A stretch of DNA of 43,232 nucleotides. Origin: an uncultured Collinsella sp. (GTDB lineage: Bacteria; Actinomycetota; Coriobacteriia; Coriobacteriales; Coriobacteriaceae). Location: positions 1-43,232 of the forward strand of contig CABUMU010000001.1 of assembly GCA_902492855.1 (NCBI GenBank), given 5' to 3'. The position numbers were made by a program, and so were the translations under genes. The first letter of the stretch is position 1. Each line of letters starts with the position of its first letter. Shown here one piece after another: positions 8,910-17,012 of the stretch. The notes under the pieces are model-generated. The model ran no database searches and was not told where the DNA came from. It saw only the letters and a list, made by a program, of their open reading frames with translations.

Positions 8910-9206
8910 TCTCAATCTGTAACAGTTACGCGGCAAAACTGGGTCTTACTGTTACAGATCGAGACATTCCTCTCGGCCCATCCTCAACAATCTAGATCTG
9001 TAACAGCTAGGCCCACTTTTGGCCCCTATCTGTTACAGATCGAGACGAACCAAACCCGCCTGCTAGAAAATCTCAATCTGTAACGGTTACTCGGCAAAAA
9101 CCGTCCCTCGTGTTACAGATTTAGACAAACGGGGCCCAACCCACCGGTATATCTAGATCTGTAACACCTAGCCGTCCAAATCGGGTCTAAATGTTACAGA
9201 TTGAGA
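8910..9206. repeat. Array of eight alternately oriented 15-bp inverted repeats with 25-26-bp spacers
   Basis: TCT(C/A)(A/G)ATCTGTAAC(A/G) at 8910, 8991, 9071, 9152; TGTTACAGAT(C/T)(G/T)AGA at 8950, 9031, 9111, 9192. Confidence 0.95.
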
Positions 9207-9256
9207 TTTTGTTTGAGAGGCCGAGAATTGGACCGAATACACAGCCCCGGAATAAC

Positions 9257-9287
9257 AAAAAAGCTCGCCGGCTAGGCCGACGAGCTG
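9257..9287 (-). terminator. Rho-independent terminator of tRNA-Met
   Basis: Minus strand AGCTCGTCGGC-CTA-GCCGGCGAGCT followed by TTTTT, directly after the tRNA CCA. Confidence 0.8.
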
Positions 9288-9295
9288 CAAGTTCT

Positions 9296-9372
9296 TGGTC
9301 GCGGGGGCAGGATTTGAACCTACGACCTCCGGGTTATGAGCCCGGCGAGCTACCAGACTGCTCCACCCCGCA
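9296..9372 (-). tRNA. tRNA-Met(CAT), initiator type
   Basis: 77-nt cloverleaf TGCGGGGTGGAGCAGTCTGGTAGCTCGCCGGGCTCATAACCCGGAGGTCGTAGGTTCAAATCCTGCCCCCGCGACCA; three consecutive G-C pairs in the anticodon stem; encoded CCA. Confidence 0.97.
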
Positions 9373-9568
9373 ATGTCTGGGCGCCTCATGTGCGCAAGAA
9401 AGAATATTACGTGGGAGTTCGGTAAACGGCAAGGAAAATCTCGTAGAGCATAATTCCTTCATATTTATACCCCTCAACCCATATCACCGTAAACGAATCG
9501 TAGCCTGGCGCCGTCGTCGGCGCGTATACAATGGTGCGCGTCCTTTTACGCCGACACCTGGAGTAGAC

Positions 9569-10342
9569 ATGCTGCTCGCTATCGATATGGGAAACACGCA
9601 GACGGCCATGGGCCTGTTTGACGGAGACGAGCTGGTGCAGTCGTGGCGCATGCCCACCGACCGCTCCTATACCGCCGACGAGATCCACGTGCGCCTGATG
9701 GGCTTCTTTAAGATGTACGACCTCTCGCTCGGCGCGGTCGACGCGATCGCCTTTGCCGGCGTGGTGCCACAGCTCTCGCGCGAGTGGCACGCCGTGGCCA
9801 ACCGTATCGCGGCAGACGCCATCGTCATTGGGCCGCAGACGGCGGCCGTGACCAAGCTGCGGGCGGCGCGCCCCCAGGCCGTTGGTGCCGACCGCATCGC
9901 CAACGCCGTCGCTGCCGAGACCTTCTACGGCGCCCCGGCGATCGTGGTGGACTTTGGCACCGCGACCAATATCGACGTCATCGATGAGGACGGTTATTAC
10001 ATTGGCGGAGCGATCGCGCCGGGCATTCGCATCTCCATGGACGCGCTTGCCGCCCGTGCCGCCAAGCTCGCCAGCGTGCCGCTCGAGGCGCCCGAGCACG
10101 CCATCGGCCGCGATACCGAGGAGTGCATCAAGGTCGGCGCCGTAACGGGCGCCGCCGCCATGGCTGAGGGCCTGGTCGCGCGCATGAAGCGCGAGCTGGG
10201 CCGCGAGGATGCCACCGTTATCGCCACGGGCGGTCTCGCCAGCATCGTCGCCGATTCGACCGATGCCTTCGACGTGGTCGACGGCCAACTCACCATCAAG
10301 GGCATCTGCGAAATCTACCGCCGCATGCAGGAGCTGGGATAG
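9569..10342 (+). CDS. coaX: Type III pantothenate kinase
   Basis: LLAIDMGNT, GADRIANA, VVDFGTAT, GGAIAPG and IATGG motifs; GGAG RBS before ATG 9569 (the ORF-track start at 9191 is too long). Confidence 0.93.
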   Translation: MLLAIDMGNTQTAMGLFDGDELVQSWRMPTDRSYTADEIHVRLMGFFKMYDLSLGAVDAIAFAGVVPQLSREWHAVANRIAADAIVIGPQTAAVTKLRAARPQAVGADRIANAVAAETFYGAPAIVVDFGTATNIDVIDEDGYYIGGAIAPGIRISMDALAARAAKLASVPLEAPEHAIGRDTEECIKVGAVTGAAAMAEGLVARMKRELGREDATVIATGGLASIVADSTDAFDVVDGQLTIKGICEIYRRMQELG

Positions 10343-10399
10343 AGCAGGGGCTTAAGTCAAGCAAGCCCGATGCCACAGTCCCCGCAAATGCTCGCCAAG

Positions 10400-10442
10400 C
10401 CTATTCCTCAAAACTGAAAAATTTTCAATTTTGAGGAATAGG
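10400..10442. repeat. 43-bp palindrome, copy 1 (just downstream of the AAA ATPase gene)
   Basis: CCTATTCCTCAAAACTGAAAAATTTTCAATTTTGAGGAATAGG. Confidence 0.95.
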
Positions 10443-10450
10443 GCTTTCTG

Positions 10451-11647
10451 CTAGGCCTCGTCGCACAGCCACCTCGCCAGGTCCACGATCTGCACCCCAT
10501 TGCGGTCCGTGGCCTCGTGATGCGTGCGGGCGAGAATCATCTTGGGGTACGCGTCGCCAATGCTCAGCAGTGGTGAAATCTCGCGTTCAAATGTCTTATC
10601 CGAGCTGATGTCGTCGCTCACCTGAATGTAGAGCTTCTCGCTTCGCTTGATTGCTACAAAGTCTATTTCCTTTTTATAGAGCACGCCGACGTATACCTCG
10701 TATCCGCGGCGCAGCAGCTCGATTGCCACCATGTTCTCGTATACGCGTCCCCAATCCATATCACGTGTACCGAGCAGCGCGTATTTGAACGCGTGGTCTG
10801 CCAGGTAATACTTCTCGCCGCTCTTAAGGTATTTTTTGCCGTGGATGTCGTACCGACGAACTTTATAGAAGGCAAACGCATCGCACAGGTACCCCATGTA
10901 CGTGCCGACCGTCTTGTTCGTAATCTTTAGCCCATCCGCATTTAATGCATCAGTAATGTTGCGTGCCGACGTAATGTTGGAAACGTTGTCCATCATGTAA
11001 TCGGCAATGCGCAGCAGCGCCGATTCGTTTCTCACGTTATGCCGCTGCACGATATCTCTCACAATGAGCGTCTTGAAGACGTTGGAGAGATATTGATAGC
11101 GCTGCTCCTGCAGTGGATAAGGGTAAGAGCCGGACATACCGCCGGTTCTCGCGTACTCATCGAAGTCGCGGTCGACCTCGCCCTCGTCGCCATAGAGACG
11201 ATACTCCTCAAACGAGAATGGGAAAACCTCGATCTCGAACGTACGCCCCGTAAAGAGCGTCGACAGATCGCTCGACAGCAAAAAGGCATTCGATCCGGTG
11301 ATGAAGATGTCGTACTGCTCGGATGCGTGAAGGCTGTTGATCGCACGTTCAAAGCCGTCGCACATCTGAACCTCATCGATAAGCAGGAAGTTTTGCTTGC
11401 CGGGCACTCGATGATCTTTTACATAGGCGAGCAACGCGTGATACTCGAGCAAGTTCTCGAACTCATCGAGGTTGTAGTTGATATGGATGACATTCGAATT
11501 GGACAGATTTGCCTCCACGTAATCGCGGAGGGCCTCGAGCAATTTTGATTTACCGCTACGACGGATGCCCGTGATGACCTTGATGTCCGGCACGCCAATA
11601 AGACTCGTCAACGTGTCCATATATGACGTTCTATTGATGAGTTTCAT
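10451..11647 (-). CDS. AAA+ ATPase (AAA_14-type) with C-terminal DUF4143 / PD-(D/E)XK-like domain
   Basis: Walker A GIRRSGKS, Walker B LLIDEVQ, ITGS, KYYLAD, GRVYENMVAIEL, KEIDFVA...YIQVS; more AT-rich than its neighbours. Confidence 0.85.
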   Translation of the reverse strand: MKLINRTSYMDTLTSLIGVPDIKVITGIRRSGKSKLLEALRDYVEANLSNSNVIHINYNLDEFENLLEYHALLAYVKDHRVPGKQNFLLIDEVQMCDGFERAINSLHASEQYDIFITGSNAFLLSSDLSTLFTGRTFEIEVFPFSFEEYRLYGDEGEVDRDFDEYARTGGMSGSYPYPLQEQRYQYLSNVFKTLIVRDIVQRHNVRNESALLRIADYMMDNVSNITSARNITDALNADGLKITNKTVGTYMGYLCDAFAFYKVRRYDIHGKKYLKSGEKYYLADHAFKYALLGTRDMDWGRVYENMVAIELLRRGYEVYVGVLYKKEIDFVAIKRSEKLYIQVSDDISSDKTFEREISPLLSIGDAYPKMILARTHHEATDRNGVQIVDLARWLCDEA

Positions 11648-11672
11648 CGGGGCCTCCTCGCGGTCTTTTATC

Positions 11673-11715
11673 GCTATTCCTCAAAACTGAAAAAATTTCA
11701 GTTTTGAGGAATAGG
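11673..11715. repeat. 43-bp palindrome, copy 2 (upstream of the AAA ATPase gene)
   Basis: GCTATTCCTCAAAACTGAAAAAATTTCAGTTTTGAGGAATAGG. Confidence 0.95.
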
Positions 11716-11758
11716 CTCTATAGCGAATATACCTCGAGAAAGACCGAGCTGCCTTAAT

Positions 11759-11801
11759 CCTATTCCTCAAAAACGAAAATTTTTCAGTTTTGAGGAATAG
11801 G
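11759..11801. repeat. 43-bp palindrome, copy 3 (upstream of the AAA ATPase gene)
   Basis: CCTATTCCTCAAAAACGAAAATTTTTCAGTTTTGAGGAATAGG. Confidence 0.95.
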
Positions 11802-11899
11802 GCGCTGGCAACCCATTCCCCAGATAGGCGAAACCCTCCCCGGCACAGGCCGAGGAGGGCTTCGTTGTCATCGTTGTCTTTGAGCGCTGGCGCCTCGCG

Positions 11900-12601
11900 T
11901 TACAGTCCGCGAATTCGTACGGCCTCGGGCGGAAACTCCTGCTCGCCGGCATCGGTCTTGATGGTCGCGCGGCCCCAGATGTCCAAGCCCGCAAACACGC
12001 CCACCGCGAGCGGCAAACCGTTGGGCGACACCGCCGCAACCTGGCGGCCCAGCAGCGGCACCATGTCGAAGTACTCGCCCAGCACGGGAGCCAGCGGCCC
12101 TGCGGCGCCTTGCGGCGTGTTGGCAACAGCCGCCCAGGCGTCCACGCGGGTCAGCACGGCGGCGGCCAACTCTTCGACCAGCGCTTCGTCGGCCATATCT
12201 ACACCGAGCTCGCTCAGCGCCGAACGCTCAATATCCACCGTCACGGCACCGAACATGCCCGCAGCACCGGCACCGCCGTTCACGGTAACACGCGCGAACG
12301 ACGTCTCAAACGCGGGCGCGCCGCACACAATGTCGCTCGGCCACTGGATACCCACCTTACCGGCAAGGCCCAACCCCGGCGTCGAAGCCGTGCCCACGAG
12401 CGCGTCCATCATGCCCATCGCGGCCACAAACGGCAGGCCATGGAAGGCATGCATGCTCACATCGGGGCGCACAACCAGCGAAAACGTCAGCGATGCATCG
12501 CCCGCACTCCACGCGCACCAGCCCGCGGACACGCCCTCGCGGCCCGCGTCACGCGCCGCGTCGAGCTCGGTACCGGCGGCAACAGCATTCATCTCGATCA
12601 T
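11900..12601 (-). CDS. Degenerate biotin-protein ligase (BirA)-like protein
   Basis: W..AGDASLTFSLVVRP, GIQWPSDIV (canonical KWPND) and a C-terminal SH3-like GVFAGLDIWGRATIKT; no GRGR motif; abuts folP-folK. Confidence 0.65.
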   Translation of the reverse strand: MIEMNAVAAGTELDAARDAGREGVSAGWCAWSAGDASLTFSLVVRPDVSMHAFHGLPFVAAMGMMDALVGTASTPGLGLAGKVGIQWPSDIVCGAPAFETSFARVTVNGGAGAAGMFGAVTVDIERSALSELGVDMADEALVEELAAAVLTRVDAWAAVANTPQGAAGPLAPVLGEYFDMVPLLGRQVAAVSPNGLPLAVGVFAGLDIWGRATIKTDAGEQEFPPEAVRIRGL

Positions 12602-14344
12602 CTACATACGCCCCAATTCGCCAACGATATGGCCCACGCGGTCCTCGGGCTCCTTGACCTCGACACCGTTGTAGCGGAAGAACCGCGCCGGGTCGTGCAT
12701 CAGGTCCTCGAGCGGCACCAGCACAAAGTCGCGCTCGCCAATGAGAGGATGCGGCAGGCGCAGCTTTTTGCCGCCGTGGGTCTCGCCATCCATCCACAGC
12801 AGGTCCAGGTCGATGGTGCGCGGGCCGTTGACCTTGGCCTTCTTGGAGCGGTCGCGTCCCAGCTCGGCCTCGATCTTCATGAGCTCGTCGAGCAGCACCA
12901 ACGGCGCCAGCTCGGTCTTGATCTCGATGACGGCGTTGGCAAACGCGTCCTGGCGCGTCTCGTAGGCCGGCTCGCTCTCGTAAATCTTGGAGGAGTTGGA
13001 CACGCAGGTGAGTGGAATCTCGGCGATCATCTCGCGTGCGGCGCGAATGTTGTCGCAGCGATGCCCCAGGTTGGAGCCCACGGCCACAAACGCGCGGCGC
13101 GGCTGCGGCTTGGCAACCGCCCAGTAGCCGTTCAGGAACTGCGCAAAACCCGCGGCGTCGTGCACGCGCACGATGTTGGCACCGGCCTGGATGGCGCCCA
13201 GGCACACGCCAAACGTAGCGGCATCGCGCTCGGCGGCCTCGGTCACGCCCGAGACGGCACCCACAAAGCGCTTGCGCGACACGGCGCACATGAGCGGATA
13301 GCCCAGTGACGCCATCTTGGCAGTCTCGCGCTGGATGACGATGTCCTCGTTAGCCGACTTACCAAAGCCCGGGCCAGGATCGATGCAGATGCGGTCGCGC
13401 GACACGCCGGCATGGATGAGCGTGCGGGCCTGGTCGGACAGAAAGCCCATAACGCGGCGCATGATGGGCGCCGAATCGGGCAGGGTGAAGCGGCGGAGCT
13501 GCGAGGTGGGCACGTAGGCTTCCTCGCGGCGGGCGCTGCGGCGCATCATGGTGGCCAGGCGGTCATTGGGCTCCGATGCGGCCTCGGTGGCTGCGGGCGC
13601 GGCCTCGGGCGCAAGCGCGACGGTCTCGGCGGCAGCAGCCTGCTCGGCGGCCGGCGTCTCCTGCTCGCTTGCAGGCTCGGACGTGGGCTCCGGTTCGCCA
13701 AACGGCAACGAGGGCTGCACCACGCCGCCCGGAAGCTTGGCCTCCGGCTTAGGATCGCCCAGCAACTTGCCGCGACGGCGACGGGCCGGCTTCTCGGCCT
13801 CGCGCGCGGCCTCGGCAGCCGCCTCGCGCGCCTTCTCGGCAACAAACGCCGCTGCCGAGGTATCGAGCTGCACCGTTGCGTGCGTGCGGGTGGGCGCGGC
13901 GACCTCGCCGGCATGCATCACGATGACGCCGCAGGTGCTCGTCTTAACAAACTCGACCATCTTGGGATCGGTGAAGCCGGTCACGTCGTTGACGATCGAG
14001 GCGCCGCAGCGCACGGCCGCCTTGGCAACCGCCACATGACGCGTGTCGATCGAGACGATGGCGCCCTCCTTGGCCAGCGCGCGAACCACGGGCAGCACGC
14101 GGCGAGCCTCCTCGTCGGGGTTGACCGGGGTAAAACCAGGGCGCGTGGGCTCGCCGCCCACGTCGATGATGTCGGCGCCGGCGTCGAGCATCGCTAGGCC
14201 GTACTCGATGGCGGCGTCCGGGTCGAAGTGCTCCCCGCCATCGCTAAACGAATCGGGCGTCACGTTGAGGACGCCCATGATGCGCGGACGGTCAAAGCTG
14301 AGCTCGTACTTTCCGCACCGCCATGTCTTGCTGTCGTTCGCCAT
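12602..14344 (-). CDS. folP-folK: Bifunctional dihydropteroate synthase (N-terminal) / HPPK (C-terminal)
   Basis: IMGVLNVTPDSFSDGG, SIDTR, IDPGPGFGK, SRKRFVG, IVRVHD, then VGSNLG, FANAV, GPRTIDLDLL, LPHP...RDFVLVPL; AGGAGG RBS before ATG 14344. Confidence 0.93.
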   Translation of the reverse strand: MANDSKTWRCGKYELSFDRPRIMGVLNVTPDSFSDGGEHFDPDAAIEYGLAMLDAGADIIDVGGEPTRPGFTPVNPDEEARRVLPVVRALAKEGAIVSIDTRHVAVAKAAVRCGASIVNDVTGFTDPKMVEFVKTSTCGVIVMHAGEVAAPTRTHATVQLDTSAAAFVAEKAREAAAEAAREAEKPARRRRGKLLGDPKPEAKLPGGVVQPSLPFGEPEPTSEPASEQETPAAEQAAAAETVALAPEAAPAATEAASEPNDRLATMMRRSARREEAYVPTSQLRRFTLPDSAPIMRRVMGFLSDQARTLIHAGVSRDRICIDPGPGFGKSANEDIVIQRETAKMASLGYPLMCAVSRKRFVGAVSGVTEAAERDAATFGVCLGAIQAGANIVRVHDAAGFAQFLNGYWAVAKPQPRRAFVAVGSNLGHRCDNIRAAREMIAEIPLTCVSNSSKIYESEPAYETRQDAFANAVIEIKTELAPLVLLDELMKIEAELGRDRSKKAKVNGPRTIDLDLLWMDGETHGGKKLRLPHPLIGERDFVLVPLEDLMHDPARFFRYNGVEVKEPEDRVGHIVGELGRM

Positions 14345-14439
14345 GAACATCCTCCTAAAATGCCCACGCCGCCGAGCTTGGGGAGCTGGCGGCGGGGTCG
14401 CTTTGCACTCAGTCTTTCTATTGTATCCGCGCGCGCGGG

Positions 14440-15192
14440 CTAGAACGCAAACGCGGCCGCGATGTCGCAAGAAATCAGCAGGTCGGCATTTGCATCCTGA
14501 TCGGTGGGAGCAAGGTTGCATATGGCCAGCGTATCGCCGGTAAAGTAACGCGTAAGGCCTGCCGCCGGATACACCACGAGCGAGGTCCCGCCCACAATGA
14601 GGGCATCGGCCGCGGCGATGGCGACAACGGCACCGGTCAGCACATGCTCATCGAGCGGCTCTTCGTAGAGCACTACATCGGGCTTGATGCGGCCGCCGCA
14701 CGCGGGGCACGCAGGCACGCCCGCGGCATCCTCGTGCTCGCGCGAGCAAATCCACTCGGCGCTATAGACCGCGCCGCACGACTGGCAAATGTTGCGATGG
14801 ACCGATCCGTGCAGCTCGAACACGCGCTGTGAGCCGGCCATCTGATGCAGGCCGTCAATGTTTTGCGTCACCACGGCATTTAGCTTGCCGGCTCGCTCCA
14901 GCTCGGCCAGCTTGGTGTGGCAGCGGTTGGGCTTGGCGCCAAGCGCGATCATCTTGGTGCGGTAGAAGTCGAAGAACTCGGCCGGGTGCACCTCGTAAAA
15001 GCTATGCGAGAGCATGGTCTCGGGCGGGTAGGCAAACTGTTGGTGATACAGGCCGTCCACGCTGCGGAAATCGGGGATGCTACTCGCCGTGGAAACGCCC
15101 GCGCCGCCAAAGAAGACCACGCGCTTGTGGGTGCCAAACAGCTCCGCCAGCGCGGCGGAGGCCTGTTTGGGATCCGTTATTGCCTGCGTCAT
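14440..15192 (-). CDS. cobB: NAD-dependent protein deacylase (Sir2 family)
   Basis: GGAGVSTAS.IPDFRS, TQNIDGLH, ELHGS, two CxxC, KPDVVLYEE, GTSLVVYPAA. Confidence 0.92.
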   Translation of the reverse strand: MTQAITDPKQASAALAELFGTHKRVVFFGGAGVSTASSIPDFRSVDGLYHQQFAYPPETMLSHSFYEVHPAEFFDFYRTKMIALGAKPNRCHTKLAELERAGKLNAVVTQNIDGLHQMAGSQRVFELHGSVHRNICQSCGAVYSAEWICSREHEDAAGVPACPACGGRIKPDVVLYEEPLDEHVLTGAVVAIAAADALIVGGTSLVVYPAAGLTRYFTGDTLAICNLAPTDQDANADLLISCDIAAAFAF

Positions 15193-15327
15193 ATGAGTCC
15201 TCCGTCCTTGTTAGTCGGGCAGCGTTGAGCGACGTCCCAGCATGCGGCCTCTAAGTCAGCATGCGCGGAGCCCACACCGCCCCTGTTGCGCTAATCTTAA
15301 GCCTGCCAACCCCGTCGAAAGGACACC

Positions 15328-16146
15328 ATGCCTCAGACTTACACTTTCGCCTCGTGGAACGTCAACGGCCTGCGCGCCGTGCTCAAAAAGGACCCGAGCT
15401 TTATCCAGATCGCGCAGGACCTCGATGTCGATGTCTTGGCGCTGCAAGAGACCAAGTTGCAAGAAGGCCAGGTCGATATCGACCTGCCCGGCTATCACCA
15501 AACCTGGAGCTACGCCGAGCGCAAGGGCTACTCGGGCACCGCGGTCTTTAGCCGCCAGGAACCGCTGCGCGTACTGCGCGCCGATGCGCTGCCGCCCTAC
15601 GCCGGCGAGGGCGAGGCGGCCGAGCTCGTCGCCCAAGCCGCGACCGAGGGCCGCGTCTGCGCGCTGGAGTTCGACAAGTTCTGGTTTGTGGATGTCTACA
15701 CTCCCAACGCGCAAAACGAACTCGCCCGCATCGACGTGCGCATGGCCTGGGACGATGCCTACCGCGGCTTTTTGAACGCGCTCGAGTGCGAGACCGGCAA
15801 ACCCGTCGTGACCTGCGGCGACTTTAACGTGGCGCACGAGGAGATCGACCTTAAGAACCCCAAGTCCAACCGCGGCAACGCAGGCTTTTCGGACGAGGAG
15901 CGCGGCAAGTTTACCGAGCTGCTCAACGGCGGGTTTACCGATACCTGGCGCGCGGCAAACCCCGACGTCGAGGGCGTCTACAGCTGGTGGAGCTACCGCT
16001 TTAATGCCCGCAAGAACAACGCAGGCTGGCGCATCGATTACTTTCTGGTAAGCGATTCGATCGCCGCCAACGTTCGCGACACCGGTATCCGTGGCGATAT
16101 CTTCGGCAGCGACCACTGCCCCGTCACCCTCACGCTAGAGCTCTAG
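15328..16146 (+). CDS. xth: Exodeoxyribonuclease III / AP endonuclease
   Basis: SWNVNGLRA, LQETK, KGYSGTA, CGDFNVAH, GWRIDYF, SDHCPV. Confidence 0.95.
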   Translation: MPQTYTFASWNVNGLRAVLKKDPSFIQIAQDLDVDVLALQETKLQEGQVDIDLPGYHQTWSYAERKGYSGTAVFSRQEPLRVLRADALPPYAGEGEAAELVAQAATEGRVCALEFDKFWFVDVYTPNAQNELARIDVRMAWDDAYRGFLNALECETGKPVVTCGDFNVAHEEIDLKNPKSNRGNAGFSDEERGKFTELLNGGFTDTWRAANPDVEGVYSWWSYRFNARKNNAGWRIDYFLVSDSIAANVRDTGIRGDIFGSDHCPVTLTLEL

Positions 16147-16207
16147 CCCCAAGTAATTCCTGGGGGACAGAGGAAAACAGACCATGTGACCCCTCTCCCC
16201 CTATAAG

Positions 16208-16270
16208 TTGCGGTGGAATAGTTCCTGTTTGGGCAGCAAATAGCCAAAAACGAGAACTATTCCACCGCAA
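16208..16270. repeat. Perfect 17-bp inverted repeat with 29-bp spacer between convergent genes
   Basis: TTGCGGTGGAATAGTTC (16208-16224) / GAACTATTCCACCGCAA (16254-16270). Confidence 0.9.
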
Positions 16271-16294
16271 GTTCGTGAGGGAACGCGAAATGCC

Positions 16295-17008
16295 TTACAG
16301 CCCGTATTTCACGACGACACGGTTAATGCGACGGCACCAGGGCTTGTACAAGGCGGCCAAAAACACGCATGTCGCGAGTCCGTGCGTAATATCGAACGGC
16401 ACTGCCGTGGCAAGACGTGCCACGGCACCCGCCCAAGTAAGCGGCTGAACAAAACCGATGATGTCACACGCGTTGATCACCACGCCGTACAGCAAACCCG
16501 ACGCAAAGCCGTAGGTCAGTAGCGCCGGCATGCGCACGGCTCCGTCCGCACGGTCGAACGCACCCGCATGCGCCAGCGCGCCGCCAACATAGCCAACCAG
16601 ACCCCAGGCATACATCTGCCACGGCGTCCACATGCCCTGCCCAAAAAAGAAATTGCTGGTCAGCGCCGCCAGCGCGCCAACCATAAAACCATTGCGGCGA
16701 CCAAGCGTCGCCCCCGCGATAATGGCGATGGCGCTCACCGGTTTAAAGTCGGGAATGGGCCCAAACAGGATGCGCCCCGCCGCCGCCAGCGCCGCGAGCA
16801 CCAGCGTGGGCATAATCTGGCGCAAACCCGGACGAGATGCCTCGTAACCCGCAAAGAACAGCGCGAGCACCAGCGCCACCACGACCAGCATGGCAAGTGC
16901 CGCCTGCTCAACGCCCGCTAGCAACGCCGCAGCCATCACCGCTGGCACCGCCAGCAGCAACGGGATCTCCAGTTTTGTAAGCAGGCGCGCGACGCGATAA
17001 TCCGTCAT
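16295..17008 (-). CDS. ECF transporter S component
   Basis: Hydrophobic; FKPVSAIAIIAG...GFMVGALAALTSNFFFGQGMWTPWQM motif; last gene of a T-AA-S operon; ATG 17008. Confidence 0.85.
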   Translation of the reverse strand: MTDYRVARLLTKLEIPLLLAVPAVMAAALLAGVEQAALAMLVVVALVLALFFAGYEASRPGLRQIMPTLVLAALAAAGRILFGPIPDFKPVSAIAIIAGATLGRRNGFMVGALAALTSNFFFGQGMWTPWQMYAWGLVGYVGGALAHAGAFDRADGAVRMPALLTYGFASGLLYGVVINACDIIGFVQPLTWAGAVARLATAVPFDITHGLATCVFLAALYKPWCRRINRVVVKYGL

Positions 17009-17012
17009 CCCA

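Noticed and set aside
327..9083. Long plus-strand ORFs (327-1622, 2665-3981, 4177-5700, 6585-9083)
   Set aside because: Antisense shadows of the ech and bilR genes caused by high-GC codon bias; no protein motifs
8910..9206. CRISPR array
   Set aside because: Repeats are only 15 bp and alternate in orientation, spacers of alternate units resemble each other, and there is no cas gene or leader; kept as a non-CRISPR array
9241..9372. Prophage or ICE integration at tRNA-Met
   Set aside because: No integrase and no duplicated tRNA 3' end in the window
9168..9568. ORF 9168-9389 and the N-terminal extension of coaX from 9191
   Set aside because: They are translations across the tRNA-Met gene and repeat array; the real coaX start is 9569 with an RBS
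15060..15110. Sirtuin motif variant STASSIPDFR (Gly to Ser)
   Set aside because: A single substitution with all other catalytic motifs intact; no basis for a functional claim
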